Positions 39,356 to 49,093 of a stretch of DNA of 64,000 bases are shown in pieces. The position numbers and the translations under genes were made by a program. Under the pieces are notes generated by a model. It saw nothing but the letters and a program-made list of their open reading frames with translations, ran no database searches and was not told the DNA's origin. Each line of letters begins with the position of its first letter. The stretch's first letter is position 1. The DNA is from Anaerolineae bacterium (GTDB taxonomy: Bacteria > Chloroflexota > Anaerolineae > Anaerolineales > UBA4823), in the NCBI GenBank assembly GCA_037439525.1, contig JBBIVW010000001.1:41802-105801 (forward strand), in the 5' to 3' direction.

Positions 39356-40732
39356 ATGGAAGAAAGAATATTGAAGTTCATCGCTGCGCTACGTTCCACT
39401 GGTGTGCGCATTAGTCTGGCTGAGAGCAGCGAAGCTCTGCAAGCTGTGCAAACTCTGGGTATCAAAGATCGCCATTTGTTCCGTCTTTGCCTGCGTTCTA
39501 CGCTGGTCAAGGAATCCCAACACCTACCCTTTTTTGATGAGTATTTTGAGATCTACTTTGGTGGCGCAGACAATCCGCCTTTGTTGAATCCCTCCGAAGA
39601 CTTGAGTCCCGAGGAAATCGACCTGTTCCAAAAAGCCATTCAGGGTTTCAACCAAAGCCTGCGCCAAACTCTGCAAAAGCTCTTCCAGGGGAAGCCGCTT
39701 ACCAAACAAGAGCTCGAACGCCTGGCAAAGATGGTGGGACTGAGCCAGATGAACGACATGCGCTATCGCCGTTGGATGACACAACGCATGCTGAAAGCCT
39801 TGCGCGTTCCTGAGATTCGCGCCGCGCTGGAAGACCTTGCTAAAACTCTAGCAGAGATGGGCATGCACGCCGCGCGTCTGCGCAGGCTAATTCAGGCGAT
39901 GCAGAACAATCAAGCAGCATTGGAGGCTCAGATCCATCAATATGTTGGTCAAAAGCTCAGCGAGAATATGGGCACCCATCTCCCAGGCGAGGCAGTGGAG
40001 GCGCTCTTTGATCGTCCTTTTGCCTCTTTGAGCGAGCGCGATATGGAACGCTTGCGCCACGAGGTGCAACGCCTGGCAAGCATTTTGAAGACCAAAGTTG
40101 CCCTGCGCCAAAAGCGGGCGAAAAACGGCTTTCTGGACGCTAAAGCGACCCTGCGCGCCAACCTGAAGCACGGCAATGTGCCCATAGAAATCCGCCACCG
40201 CCAAAAATCGCTCAAGCCGAAACTCGTCGTGCTATGCGATGTGAGCACTTCGATGCGCTTTTGTTCCGAGCTGATGCTGAGTTTGATCTTTCATTTACAA
40301 GACCTGATCGCAAAGACCCATGCTTTTGCCTTCATCGACCATCTGGAATACATCTCGCCATATTTCAAACACGGTCACATGCAGCAATCGATCCGCCAGA
40401 TATTGCAGCACATGCCCTCAGGGTATTACAACACCAATTTAGGCTTCAGCCTGGAAAATTTCAACGCAGACTTTCTACATACCTTGGACAGCCGCACAAC
40501 CTTGATCATGGTTAGCGACGGGCGCAATAACTACAACAACCCACGCCTTGACCTATTCAGTAAGATGACTCGACGCTGTAAACGCACCATTTGGATCAAC
40601 CCCGAAAACCCCCTGCTCTGGGGCACAGGTGATAGCGAAATGCCGCAATATGCGCCTAAGTGCGACGTCATATTACAAGCCGGTAACCTGAACCAACTCA
40701 TCCAGGCGATTGACCAGCTATTGACCGCTTAA
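39356..40732 (+). CDS. VWA domain-containing CoxE-like protein
   Basis: The N-terminus FIAALRSTGVRISLAESSEAL and the C-terminal VWA region (LVVLCDVSTSM...LIMVSDGRNN) are typical of CoxE-family partners of MoxR. Confidence 0.8.
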   Translation: MEERILKFIAALRSTGVRISLAESSEALQAVQTLGIKDRHLFRLCLRSTLVKESQHLPFFDEYFEIYFGGADNPPLLNPSEDLSPEEIDLFQKAIQGFNQSLRQTLQKLFQGKPLTKQELERLAKMVGLSQMNDMRYRRWMTQRMLKALRVPEIRAALEDLAKTLAEMGMHAARLRRLIQAMQNNQAALEAQIHQYVGQKLSENMGTHLPGEAVEALFDRPFASLSERDMERLRHEVQRLASILKTKVALRQKRAKNGFLDAKATLRANLKHGNVPIEIRHRQKSLKPKLVVLCDVSTSMRFCSELMLSLIFHLQDLIAKTHAFAFIDHLEYISPYFKHGHMQQSIRQILQHMPSGYYNTNLGFSLENFNADFLHTLDSRTTLIMVSDGRNNYNNPRLDLFSKMTRRCKRTIWINPENPLLWGTGDSEMPQYAPKCDVILQAGNLNQLIQAIDQLLTA

Positions 40733-42178
40733 ATTCTCAATCTCACCTTCAACAGTCATCGGTTCCGCATGGATGCTTACCCGAGCGAGTTGAGGGATTG
40801 CCTCACGCAGGTGAGCTTCCAGGCTGGTCGTTACCGCATGAGCATTCGAAACGGGCATTTTAGCATCCAGAAGACAGTGCAAGGAGAGATTTAACTGCCT
40901 CCCATCCTCCAGGATTTTAATTTGATGACAATCCAGTACCCCATCCGTTTGCAAGCAAATGTGGTTAATCCTTTCCTTCAGATGTTGCATGTCGGCGGCA
41001 ATCGCACGTCTTGTGGCTTCCTGATCGCCTATCGGTTCGATGTGGGTGATGATGTCTCCAATTACGGGAATTTCTTTTTCGATTTGATGTTCCACTTTTG
41101 AGATTAGCGCGTGCGCCTGCTGAAGGGTCATATGCTCAGCGATTTCAACATGCATCTCGAGATCCACGCGACTCTCCAAGTGATACAAGCGTATGCCATG
41201 AACCTGAATGCCGTGTTTTGCGACAATGCTCTGGATTTCTTCTACCAGGCTGTTTTCATCCTCCACGACTGGCGAAAAGTGAACAACCACATCGCAATTG
41301 GCGATTTCAGACTCAACTGCCTGCTCAACGATTTCAGCTGTATGATGTGCGGCATGGAAGGTTGCACTGCGCGGCGTGTCAATCAACACATCCACAAATG
41401 TATTTGGTCCGCTCTGACGTACTCGAATGCGTTTGACAACCGAAACCCCGGGGACATTTTTTACAATGCGCTCTACTCTTTCAACCAAACCTGCCTCGGC
41501 GCGGTCCAACAAATCATCGACCGCCCTTTTACCTAGCCTGTAACTAACCAAGATAACAATCAGAGATACCCCCAAAGCAGCCACCGAATCCGCCCTGTGC
41601 AGCCAGGCAATATTATCGTAACCGCGTGACTCCAACCATTGAGCCAGCCAGACAGAAAATAGCCCGAAAATGACCACCATTGAGGAATATACATCTGTAG
41701 AAAAATGGAGTGCATCAGCTTCCAAAGCCTGGCTCTTGTATGCCTTTGCGGTGCGGTACAAGATGCGCGAGCGGGTGATATCCACAACTATAGAGACCCC
41801 CATTACGAGAAAGCTCCACAGGGTAATGTCGACAACCACTGGTTCGATCAATCGTTGAACAGCCTCATAGATAATCCATATGCAGGTTATCAACAATAAC
41901 AGGGTTTCGCATAGTGCAGAGATGTTTTCGATTTTTCCATGCCCGTATGTATGCTCTTTATCAGGGGGTTGAGACGAAGCGCGCACTGCGAAAAAGGTCA
42001 TTCCAGCAGCTGCCAGGTCCAACCCACTGTGCGCGGCTTCTGCCAAGATACCCAAGCTGTTGGTGAGTATCCCCACCACAAGCTTAAAACCTGTAAGAAA
42101 CACTGCAGCGACTACTGACGAAAAAGCTGCACTGTTTTTCTCTTTGGTTCCCAGGGAAATATTATCGTCCATAGGCAA
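40718..42178 (-). CDS. cation diffusion facilitator (CDF) transporter with three tandem C-terminal cytoplasmic domains
   Basis: TMD motifs SLGILAEAAHSGLDL and HTYGHGKIE. Three successive ZT_dimer-like repeats each end in H.(S/E)P. Start is TTG 42178 or ATG 42172. Confidence 0.85.
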   Translation of the reverse strand: MPMDDNISLGTKEKNSAAFSSVVAAVFLTGFKLVVGILTNSLGILAEAAHSGLDLAAAGMTFFAVRASSQPPDKEHTYGHGKIENISALCETLLLLITCIWIIYEAVQRLIEPVVVDITLWSFLVMGVSIVVDITRSRILYRTAKAYKSQALEADALHFSTDVYSSMVVIFGLFSVWLAQWLESRGYDNIAWLHRADSVAALGVSLIVILVSYRLGKRAVDDLLDRAEAGLVERVERIVKNVPGVSVVKRIRVRQSGPNTFVDVLIDTPRSATFHAAHHTAEIVEQAVESEIANCDVVVHFSPVVEDENSLVEEIQSIVAKHGIQVHGIRLYHLESRVDLEMHVEIAEHMTLQQAHALISKVEHQIEKEIPVIGDIITHIEPIGDQEATRRAIAADMQHLKERINHICLQTDGVLDCHQIKILEDGRQLNLSLHCLLDAKMPVSNAHAVTTSLEAHLREAIPQLARVSIHAEPMTVEGEIENLSGQ

Positions 42179-42287
42179 GTGTATAGCGTCTTAGCAAAGT
42201 CAAATTCGAAGTGGCAGTAGGGTTGCAGGCATACACACTGAAAAAGATGAGCGCCAAGAACATCAGCATTACGCGTTGAATGTGCAT
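42162..42287 (-). CDS. possible 41-aa signal-peptide/lipoprotein-like small ORF overlapping the CDF start
   Basis: An AAGGAGG SD lies 6 nt before ATG 42287. My translation is MHIQRVMLMFLALIFFSVYACNPTATSNLTLLRRYTLAYGR*. The ORF is below the ORF-track size cutoff. Confidence 0.3.
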   Translation of the reverse strand: MHIQRVMLMFLALIFFSVYACNPTATSNLTLLRRYTLAYGR

Positions 42288-42324
42288 GTATGCCCTCCTT
42301 ATGGGCAATTTTTTTCGCATCGGT

Positions 42325-43815
42325 TTAGAGCCTCGAATAAAGATAGTTTAATTCAAAAATTCGATGTGCAAGTTCATCCCGGAGCTCACCCAGTGTGACC
42401 CTCCAGGTCCAGTTTCCCCCCAGGCTGCCAGGGTAGTTCATGCGCGCTTCGTTCCCCAGGTTCAGAAAATCCTGTAGCGGGGCAATGGCGAACACCGCTA
42501 CAGACATCCATGCCGCCCGGATCATATCCCAGGCAACGTCTTCCCCAGAAACATGCAAATAGCGACGATAAAACTCACGGCTTTTCTCATTCACACGCTG
42601 ATACCACCCCCAGGCAGTGTCATTGTCGTGCGTACCGGTATAGGCGACACAGTGCCGCGAGTAGTGGTGCGGTAAAAATGGGTCTTGTGGGTCACCTTCA
42701 AAGGCAAACTGTAAGATTTTCATCCCTGGCAGATCAAACTTTTCGCGCAATGCGATGACATCTTCGGTAATGACACCGAGGTCTTCAGCGATGATGGGCA
42801 AATCGCCAAGCGTTTGCTGCAGCTTGGTCAGGAAATCCTCGCCTGGGGCAGGAACCCAGCGCCCTTTCTCCGCGGTGGTCATGCCACCAGGCACTTCCCA
42901 ATACGCGGCAAAGCCACGGAAGTGATCCAGCCGCACGATATCCACCATGTGCAACACGGCCTTGAAACGTTTCAGCCACCAGTCATAACCCTCCTGCTGA
43001 TGTGCCTCCCAAGCGTACAGGGGGTTCCCCCACAACTGTCCGGTGGGTGAAAAGTAATCTGGGGGCACGCCAGCAACCACTTTAGGAGCGCCGGCTTCGG
43101 TCAATTGAAAAAGATGGGGATACGCCCAAACATCAGCACTATCATGGGCGACAAATATCGGGATATCGCCGATGATGTGCACCTTCAATCGCGCCGCATG
43201 GGCTTTGAGCGCGTCCCACTGTTTGAAGAACAGAAATTGTTGAAAAGCATACGCTTCGATCTCCACAGCAAGCTGCTTTTTGATGGTTTTCAACGCCGAT
43301 GCGTGACGCTGACGATATTCTTCCTCCCAGTCTATCCAGGGCGCTCCCTGATGAGCATCTTTGAGCGCCATAAAGAGGCAAAAATCTTCTAACCAATATG
43401 CCTGCTCTTCTTTGAACGCCTCAAACGCCGAATGTAAAGGGTGCCTCCTCTCTTGCGTGAATCGCGTGAACGCCGCTCGAAAGAGCGCCTGCTTCCATGG
43501 GATGACAGCGCCAAAATCTACCCTGTCTGGAGGCATGACAGGCATGGCTTCTAAATCTTGCCCATCGATCAACCCATCTTCGAAGAGCATTTCTGGGCTG
43601 ATGAGAAAAGTATTGCCGGCAAAAGCCGAGAAACATTGATAGGGGGAATCGCCATAACCGGTTGGACCCAAGGGGAGTATCTGCCACAGCCCACAGCCTG
43701 CACTGGCCAGAAATTCCAACCAAAGGTGCGCTTGTGGACCTAAATCGCCAATTCCATACTGTCCGGGTAAGCTGGTTGGATGGAGCAAGATGCCTGCCGA
43801 GCGTTTAAATCTCAT
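42325..43815 (-). CDS. malQ: 4-alpha-glucanotransferase (amylomaltase)
   Basis: Start moved to ATG 43815 ([18 protein letters not shown]). LPLGPTGYGDSPYQ motif. Confidence 0.9.
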   Translation of the reverse strand: MRFKRSAGILLHPTSLPGQYGIGDLGPQAHLWLEFLASAGCGLWQILPLGPTGYGDSPYQCFSAFAGNTFLISPEMLFEDGLIDGQDLEAMPVMPPDRVDFGAVIPWKQALFRAAFTRFTQERRHPLHSAFEAFKEEQAYWLEDFCLFMALKDAHQGAPWIDWEEEYRQRHASALKTIKKQLAVEIEAYAFQQFLFFKQWDALKAHAARLKVHIIGDIPIFVAHDSADVWAYPHLFQLTEAGAPKVVAGVPPDYFSPTGQLWGNPLYAWEAHQQEGYDWWLKRFKAVLHMVDIVRLDHFRGFAAYWEVPGGMTTAEKGRWVPAPGEDFLTKLQQTLGDLPIIAEDLGVITEDVIALREKFDLPGMKILQFAFEGDPQDPFLPHHYSRHCVAYTGTHDNDTAWGWYQRVNEKSREFYRRYLHVSGEDVAWDMIRAAWMSVAVFAIAPLQDFLNLGNEARMNYPGSLGGNWTWRVTLGELRDELAHRIFELNYLYSRL

Positions 43816-45067
43816 ATGGTCTCCGCTTGGTTTCGATGATCTGGTCTTCGGCAACCTCCGCCGAAGGATAATCATGGTCAATCACATCTGGACCGATAAT
43901 CGCCCCAGGGTTGATGCGCATTCCTTCAGGGATAACGCTGTTCTTCCCCACCATGACAAACTTAGGAGCGCCATGCTCACCGATTTTGCCCACGCGTGCC
44001 CTGGAACGAACGGTCACACGTTTATCCAGAATCGCCGCTTCAAGCAACGCTTCACGCTCCACAGCTGTATCGGTAAGCAAAATCGATTGACGTACTATTG
44101 CCCCTGTACCTACCCTCACACCCGGAGATAGGACGCTCTGTTCGATCAATGCCCCAGGTTCGATCACGGCGCCATCACAGATCAAACTGTCTTTGACCAC
44201 AGCGCCTTCCATCAGGCGCACGGGAGGGCGTTCTTCGGTACGCGTGTGGATGATCCAACGGCGATCGTTCAAGTCCAGAGAGGGTGGGAACCGCACTAAA
44301 TCCATATGCGCTTGCCAATACGACTCCACCGTACCCACGTCCACCCAATATCCATCGAAAGGATAGGCAAACACGCGTTTTCCCTCATGTACCAAACGAG
44401 GCAGGATGTCTTTTCCAAAATCATGGGTCGAATCGCTGCGCTCATGATCTTCCCATAAACACCGGTCCAAGACGGGCATACTGAAGAGATAAACACCCAT
44501 ATTTGCCAGGTTGGAAGGTGGCTGACTAGGTTTTTCTATAAAGGAAACCACACGCTGGTCTGTATCCAGGTCCAGGATGCCGAAGCGAGAGGCTTCGGCT
44601 TGCGGTACGCGGATGGTACAGATGGTCAAATCGGCGCCACGCTCGAGGTGCGATTGGATCAAATCCGCATAGTTCATACGGTATATATGATCGCCTGAGA
44701 GAATCAGCACCAAATCTGGTGGCCCTCTTTTTATGAAGAGAAAATTTTGTTGTACCGCATCTGCGGTACCCAAATACCAATCCGAGGCGCCGCGCGCCTT
44801 ATATGGTGTGAGGATGGAAACGCCTCCGGTGAAATCGCGGTTCAAATCCCAAGGACCGCCCGCGCCAATGTGTTCGATCAGCGAGTGGGGACGATACTGC
44901 GCCAAGATCATGACATCGAATATGCCCGAGTTGACGCAATTCGATAGGGTGAAATCAATAATGCGGTATTTGCCCGCAAACGGAACGGCTGGTTTGGTGC
45001 GTTTCGCCGTAAGCACCCCCAGCCTGGAACCTTCGCCTCCAGCCAGGATCACAGCGCGAACCTTCAT
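43805..45067 (-). CDS. glgC: glucose-1-phosphate adenylyltransferase
   Basis: [40 protein letters not shown]-terminus and a left-handed beta-helix C-terminus. Confidence 0.9.
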   Translation of the reverse strand: MKVRAVILAGGEGSRLGVLTAKRTKPAVPFAGKYRIIDFTLSNCVNSGIFDVMILAQYRPHSLIEHIGAGGPWDLNRDFTGGVSILTPYKARGASDWYLGTADAVQQNFLFIKRGPPDLVLILSGDHIYRMNYADLIQSHLERGADLTICTIRVPQAEASRFGILDLDTDQRVVSFIEKPSQPPSNLANMGVYLFSMPVLDRCLWEDHERSDSTHDFGKDILPRLVHEGKRVFAYPFDGYWVDVGTVESYWQAHMDLVRFPPSLDLNDRRWIIHTRTEERPPVRLMEGAVVKDSLICDGAVIEPGALIEQSVLSPGVRVGTGAIVRQSILLTDTAVEREALLEAAILDKRVTVRSRARVGKIGEHGAPKFVMVGKNSVIPEGMRINPGAIIGPDVIDHDYPSAEVAEDQIIETKRRPYEI

Positions 45068-45122
45068 GCTACACGCTCCTTTTGTTCAACCATACAAAAC
45101 GGATTATGAATGTGTACCTCCA

Positions 45123-46688
45123 TCAGTCTGAGCTCCTCTTCCTTGCTCTCGATAATGCCTGATACAGCTCCAGGTATTTATGAGCTGAAGCGCTCCAGGA
45201 AAAATCTTGCTGCATGCCATTTAATTGAACCAACCGCCACCTTTCGGAGATGCCGTAATCGCGCAGGGCACGGCTTAGCGCCCGGGCAAATGCATTAGGT
45301 GTGAAACGATAAAACAAGTAACCGTTCTGATGATTCCCTGCGCCTTGATCTCGAATGGTATCGCGCAACCCCCCAACAGCATGGGCGACAGGCACACAAC
45401 CATAACGCATGGCGATCATTTGGGTCAAGCCACAAGGTTCATAGCGAGATGGGAGCAGAAGTATGTCTGCGCCAGCAAAGATACGATGGCTTAATGGTCT
45501 GTCAAAACGCAATACCACGCGCACCTGTTGTGGTAATTCTTTCTCCAGGTCTAGCATCATTTTCTCAATGCGTTTGTCGCCAGTCCCCAGAACGACCAGT
45601 TGCCAATCGGTATGTTGCAAAGCGGTGCAGCGCTGCAAAACAGAGGGGATGAGGTCGATGCCCTTTTGTGTGTCCATACGCGAAACAACTGCCAGAAGGG
45701 GTATTTGGGCATCCTGTATGAGGCCCATCTCTTCTTGCAATGCCCGTTTGTTTGCCAGCTTTCCTTCCAGGTTTGGCGCATGATAGCCTTCAACCAGGTA
45801 TGCATCCTGCGCAGGGTTCCACTGGGTTTCATCCAAGCCATTTAGAATGCCGGTGATGTGACTGCGGCGCTTACGCAGGAAGCCCTCCAAGCCACATCCA
45901 TGCGCCGAGGTGAGGATCTCACGCGCATAAGAAGGCGACACGGCAACGATATGATCCGCCGCGTAGAGGCCCATGGGTAAAGGCATGTCCCTCGCCCACT
46001 CCGGCAATTCTGGAGAGTCTAGCCGCGGCAATTGTTGCGCCTCCATCAGAGAAAACAGCCTTGGGCCCATATAGGGCAGGTTATGCAAGCTGATCAGGGC
46101 AACGGTCTGCTGAAAGCGCGGTGCCAGGTTGGGATCAAAACGCATGAGATAAGCAGCTAAAGCCGTGTGCCAGTCATTAAGATGCACGACATGGGGATGC
46201 CAGCCTAATTGCTCCCCCAATTGCAACGCAGTGAACGAAAAAAAGGTGTATTTCAGGGCATCTTCCTGGGGGTCTGTGGAATATACCTCAGAGTCAGGCG
46301 GGATCAAAGCGCTGTGGATGAAATAGGTGACCACTCCGTCCGCTTCGAAACTCAACACTTCTACTGGAAGCTCTTCACCCAAGAACTGGACGAAGAACCT
46401 TTTCTCGCGCCTGAACTCCAGACCTAACCGCTGAATGCCGCCATGAAAGGGCAAAACCAAACGCACCTCTACCTGTAAAGCTCCCACCTCATGCTTCGAT
46501 GCGCACAAAGCATTCAATGCGCGTGGCAGAGAGCCGGCCACCTCACCCAGGCCGCCAATCTTGACAAATGGCTCTGCTTCTGCAGCCAAAAAAAGGACAT
46601 TTCGTTTCTCAGGCACGTCGCATCCCTGTCCTCGTTCCAGTTGTGTCGATAGTATTGTACATGATAAACCACTTGGAATGATATGCAT
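45123..46688 (-). CDS. glgA: glycogen synthase
   Basis: [20 protein letters not shown] motif and a GT-B C-terminus ([14 protein letters not shown]). The true start may be GTG 46616, 24 codons inside the ORF. Confidence 0.9.
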   Translation of the reverse strand: MHIIPSGLSCTILSTQLERGQGCDVPEKRNVLFLAAEAEPFVKIGGLGEVAGSLPRALNALCASKHEVGALQVEVRLVLPFHGGIQRLGLEFRREKRFFVQFLGEELPVEVLSFEADGVVTYFIHSALIPPDSEVYSTDPQEDALKYTFFSFTALQLGEQLGWHPHVVHLNDWHTALAAYLMRFDPNLAPRFQQTVALISLHNLPYMGPRLFSLMEAQQLPRLDSPELPEWARDMPLPMGLYAADHIVAVSPSYAREILTSAHGCGLEGFLRKRRSHITGILNGLDETQWNPAQDAYLVEGYHAPNLEGKLANKRALQEEMGLIQDAQIPLLAVVSRMDTQKGIDLIPSVLQRCTALQHTDWQLVVLGTGDKRIEKMMLDLEKELPQQVRVVLRFDRPLSHRIFAGADILLLPSRYEPCGLTQMIAMRYGCVPVAHAVGGLRDTIRDQGAGNHQNGYLFYRFTPNAFARALSRALRDYGISERWRLVQLNGMQQDFSWSASAHKYLELYQALSRARKRSSD

Positions 46689-46746
46689 TCCAGTTCAAGG
46701 TACAATTGAACCATCTTATATCAAACCTGATGGGATGGACTCAACC

Positions 46747-47616
46747 ATGAACGCACACTATCAGACTCTAATCAGCGCGCACCAATTGTCAACGCAACTA
46801 CATGACCCGCATTGGGCGATTTTCGATTGCCGTTTTTACCTTCAAAACCCGGCACAGGGGAAGGAGGAATACCTTCAAGCGCATATCCCCGGCGCGGTGT
46901 ACGTGCACCTGGAGGAGGACCTCTCTGCGCCGATTATACCTGGACAGACCGGGAGACATCCCTGGCCGAGCGTTGAGCAGGCAGCGGCTTTGTGCTCTCG
47001 ATTAGGCATTGACGAACACGTTCAGGTGATTGCCTATGACACAGCCGGAGGATCATTGGCGGCTGCCCGTCTCTGGTGGACATTGCGCTGGTTGGGGCAT
47101 GAGCGCGTGGCGGTATTGGATGGCGGCTGGCAGAACTGGGTCGCCCTCGGCTTACCTACGGAGAGCGGCGAAGCCAGGCGCTCCGCGCGCAGATTTACGC
47201 CCCGCGTGCAACCACACCTGGTGGTTGATGTCCAGCAGGTCGAAGAGATTCGCCATGCCCCAGATTGGTTGCTGGTGGACGCACGCATGCCTGAACGATA
47301 TCGCGGAGAAGTCGAGCCAATCGATCCCATCGCCGGGCACATCCCTGGCGCGCTCAACGCACCTCATCCGTTGAACCTGACACCAAAAGGTAAATTTCGC
47401 TCCAAAGAGGCTTTACAGCGACGGTATGCGAAATTATTAGGTAAAATCCCGGCGGAAAGAACGGTGTTTTACTGCGGTTCAGGTGTGACTTCGATCCATA
47501 ACCTATTAGCCATGCTACATGCGGGTATTGGCGAGGGCAAGCTCTACCCTGGCTCATGGAGCGAATGGATCACAGATGATAACCGGCCCATCGCCACCGG
47601 CGAAGCGCCCGCTTAA
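46747..47616 (+). CDS. thiosulfate/3-mercaptopyruvate sulfurtransferase (tandem rhodanese)
   Basis: Two rhodanese domains with the active-site loop FYCGSGVTS. Start at ATG 46747 (or 46735); the ORF's upstream part overlaps glgA. Confidence 0.85.
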   Translation: MNAHYQTLISAHQLSTQLHDPHWAIFDCRFYLQNPAQGKEEYLQAHIPGAVYVHLEEDLSAPIIPGQTGRHPWPSVEQAAALCSRLGIDEHVQVIAYDTAGGSLAAARLWWTLRWLGHERVAVLDGGWQNWVALGLPTESGEARRSARRFTPRVQPHLVVDVQQVEEIRHAPDWLLVDARMPERYRGEVEPIDPIAGHIPGALNAPHPLNLTPKGKFRSKEALQRRYAKLLGKIPAERTVFYCGSGVTSIHNLLAMLHAGIGEGKLYPGSWSEWITDDNRPIATGEAPA

Positions 47617-47626
47617 GCCCCCTACA

Positions 47627-48190
47627 TCATTCGTTCAGAGACAGGGTGTTATAGAACGCAAACAGCAAGCCGCTTTTATGCAAGGCGATCTGAGCAAAGG
47701 GGCGGTTGAGATCTCCTGCCTGCATGGGGGCATACCAATTGAAAAAGTAGTTATCCCCTTTCTGGCCTTCTTCGTATTGCCAGGTGCTCTTTAGACGCTC
47801 AAAATTGGGTATCGTAGCGGCAAAAAAGCGCATCGCTTTCTCGCGCAATGCCTCCAGAGTCAGGCTCGGAGCATCCGCCGGAAGGTTTTCTAACAGGTTG
47901 CGTGCATCGATCTCCACAACCCGGTTCGAGGCAAGATGCACAGAGAACACTCGCCCCTCGGAATCTTGATATACGGCTACTTCCAAGTCTCCGCTGGGAG
48001 AATTGATCATATGCCCGTTTTCGATAAATTCGACAGGTGCTTCAGGCAATTCCAACGACTTCTGTATCTCTTGAATCGCCGCCAAGCGCGCATCAGAAGG
48101 ACCTGTTCGAGGGGCACACGCGCCGAGAATCAATAAACCCAGAAGGATGGAACACCTCACCCACCACCTGGCATCATGAATATGAGCCAT
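47627..48190 (-). CDS. hypothetical lipoprotein
   Basis: Start moved to ATG 48190 (MAHIHDARWWVRCSILLGLLILGAC lipobox). No family recognised. Confidence 0.55.
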   Translation of the reverse strand: MAHIHDARWWVRCSILLGLLILGACAPRTGPSDARLAAIQEIQKSLELPEAPVEFIENGHMINSPSGDLEVAVYQDSEGRVFSVHLASNRVVEIDARNLLENLPADAPSLTLEALREKAMRFFAATIPNFERLKSTWQYEEGQKGDNYFFNWYAPMQAGDLNRPFAQIALHKSGLLFAFYNTLSLNE

Positions 48191-48254
48191 GTTAGACCTC
48201 CTATTTTGAGAATAGAGGCCCCATCTTATCACGGAAGTCGATTGGCTATAGGGT

Positions 48255-49088
48255 TTATAACACCCCGATTTGATGAACAATATATAGGTAAAGAAAAATC
48301 GCCGCAATCGCTAACCATAACACAGAGAAAAGCGAATCTTTCAAGCCCCAATTCAATTCTCGATGTAACACAAACCTCGATTTCCCAAAAGCTCTTGATT
48401 CAACCGCCTTGGTTGTATACTCTGAAATACGTACCACCTCAGTAAAAACCGGTATGATGATTGGCAAATATTGACGAGCAAGCTTTATCGGATTACGAGA
48501 AGAAAGCTCCCAACCACGCAGCCTTTGCGCAGCGATAACCACATTCAGCTTATGGAAAATATGAGGGAAAAAGCGATATGCCACCATGACGATAAAGACC
48601 AGCTTATGTGGGATGTGGAGCTTGTTTAGAATGTACACCAAGTCGCTAGGTGCTGTTGAATAAACAAAGACGGCAACCATGAAAACCAACGTGATGCTAC
48701 GAATCGTCTGTCCCAAGGTATACATTATGCCCCCAACAGTGATGGACATGGAACCTAGAAAGAACCTTTCACTTGCTATTGAAATCAGGGTGATCCGGCT
48801 AATATCGGGATAGCGAGTAAAAACGCCTGGCCGGTTGAGAAAAAGACTGACAACAAAATATCCAATCATCCCTAAAAACAGGACAATGCCGAGAGGTTTC
48901 AACCAACGTTTCCAAGGGATGCGCCCTAAAAAGTAAAAAGGCAAGTTCAAAAGCAAAATGACTCCTAAAGGTATTGGATCAAAATAAATAGATAACACTA
49001 CCCCCATGGTTATGATCCAGATGCCTTTGGCAGCAGGATGCAAAAGATGCAGGAAAGAATCTCGTTGGCGGTATTCTAATAATGCCAT
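48255..49088 (-). CDS. ecfT: ECF transporter transmembrane component (EcfT/CbiQ family)
   Basis: 277-aa multi-TM protein, immediately downstream of the duplicated ECF ATPase. CbiQ-like AQRLRGWEL region. Confidence 0.8.
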   Translation of the reverse strand: MALLEYRQRDSFLHLLHPAAKGIWIITMGVVLSIYFDPIPLGVILLLNLPFYFLGRIPWKRWLKPLGIVLFLGMIGYFVVSLFLNRPGVFTRYPDISRITLISIASERFFLGSMSITVGGIMYTLGQTIRSITLVFMVAVFVYSTAPSDLVYILNKLHIPHKLVFIVMVAYRFFPHIFHKLNVVIAAQRLRGWELSSRNPIKLARQYLPIIIPVFTEVVRISEYTTKAVESRAFGKSRFVLHRELNWGLKDSLFSVLWLAIAAIFLYLYIVHQIGVL

Positions 49089-49093
49089 ACGCG

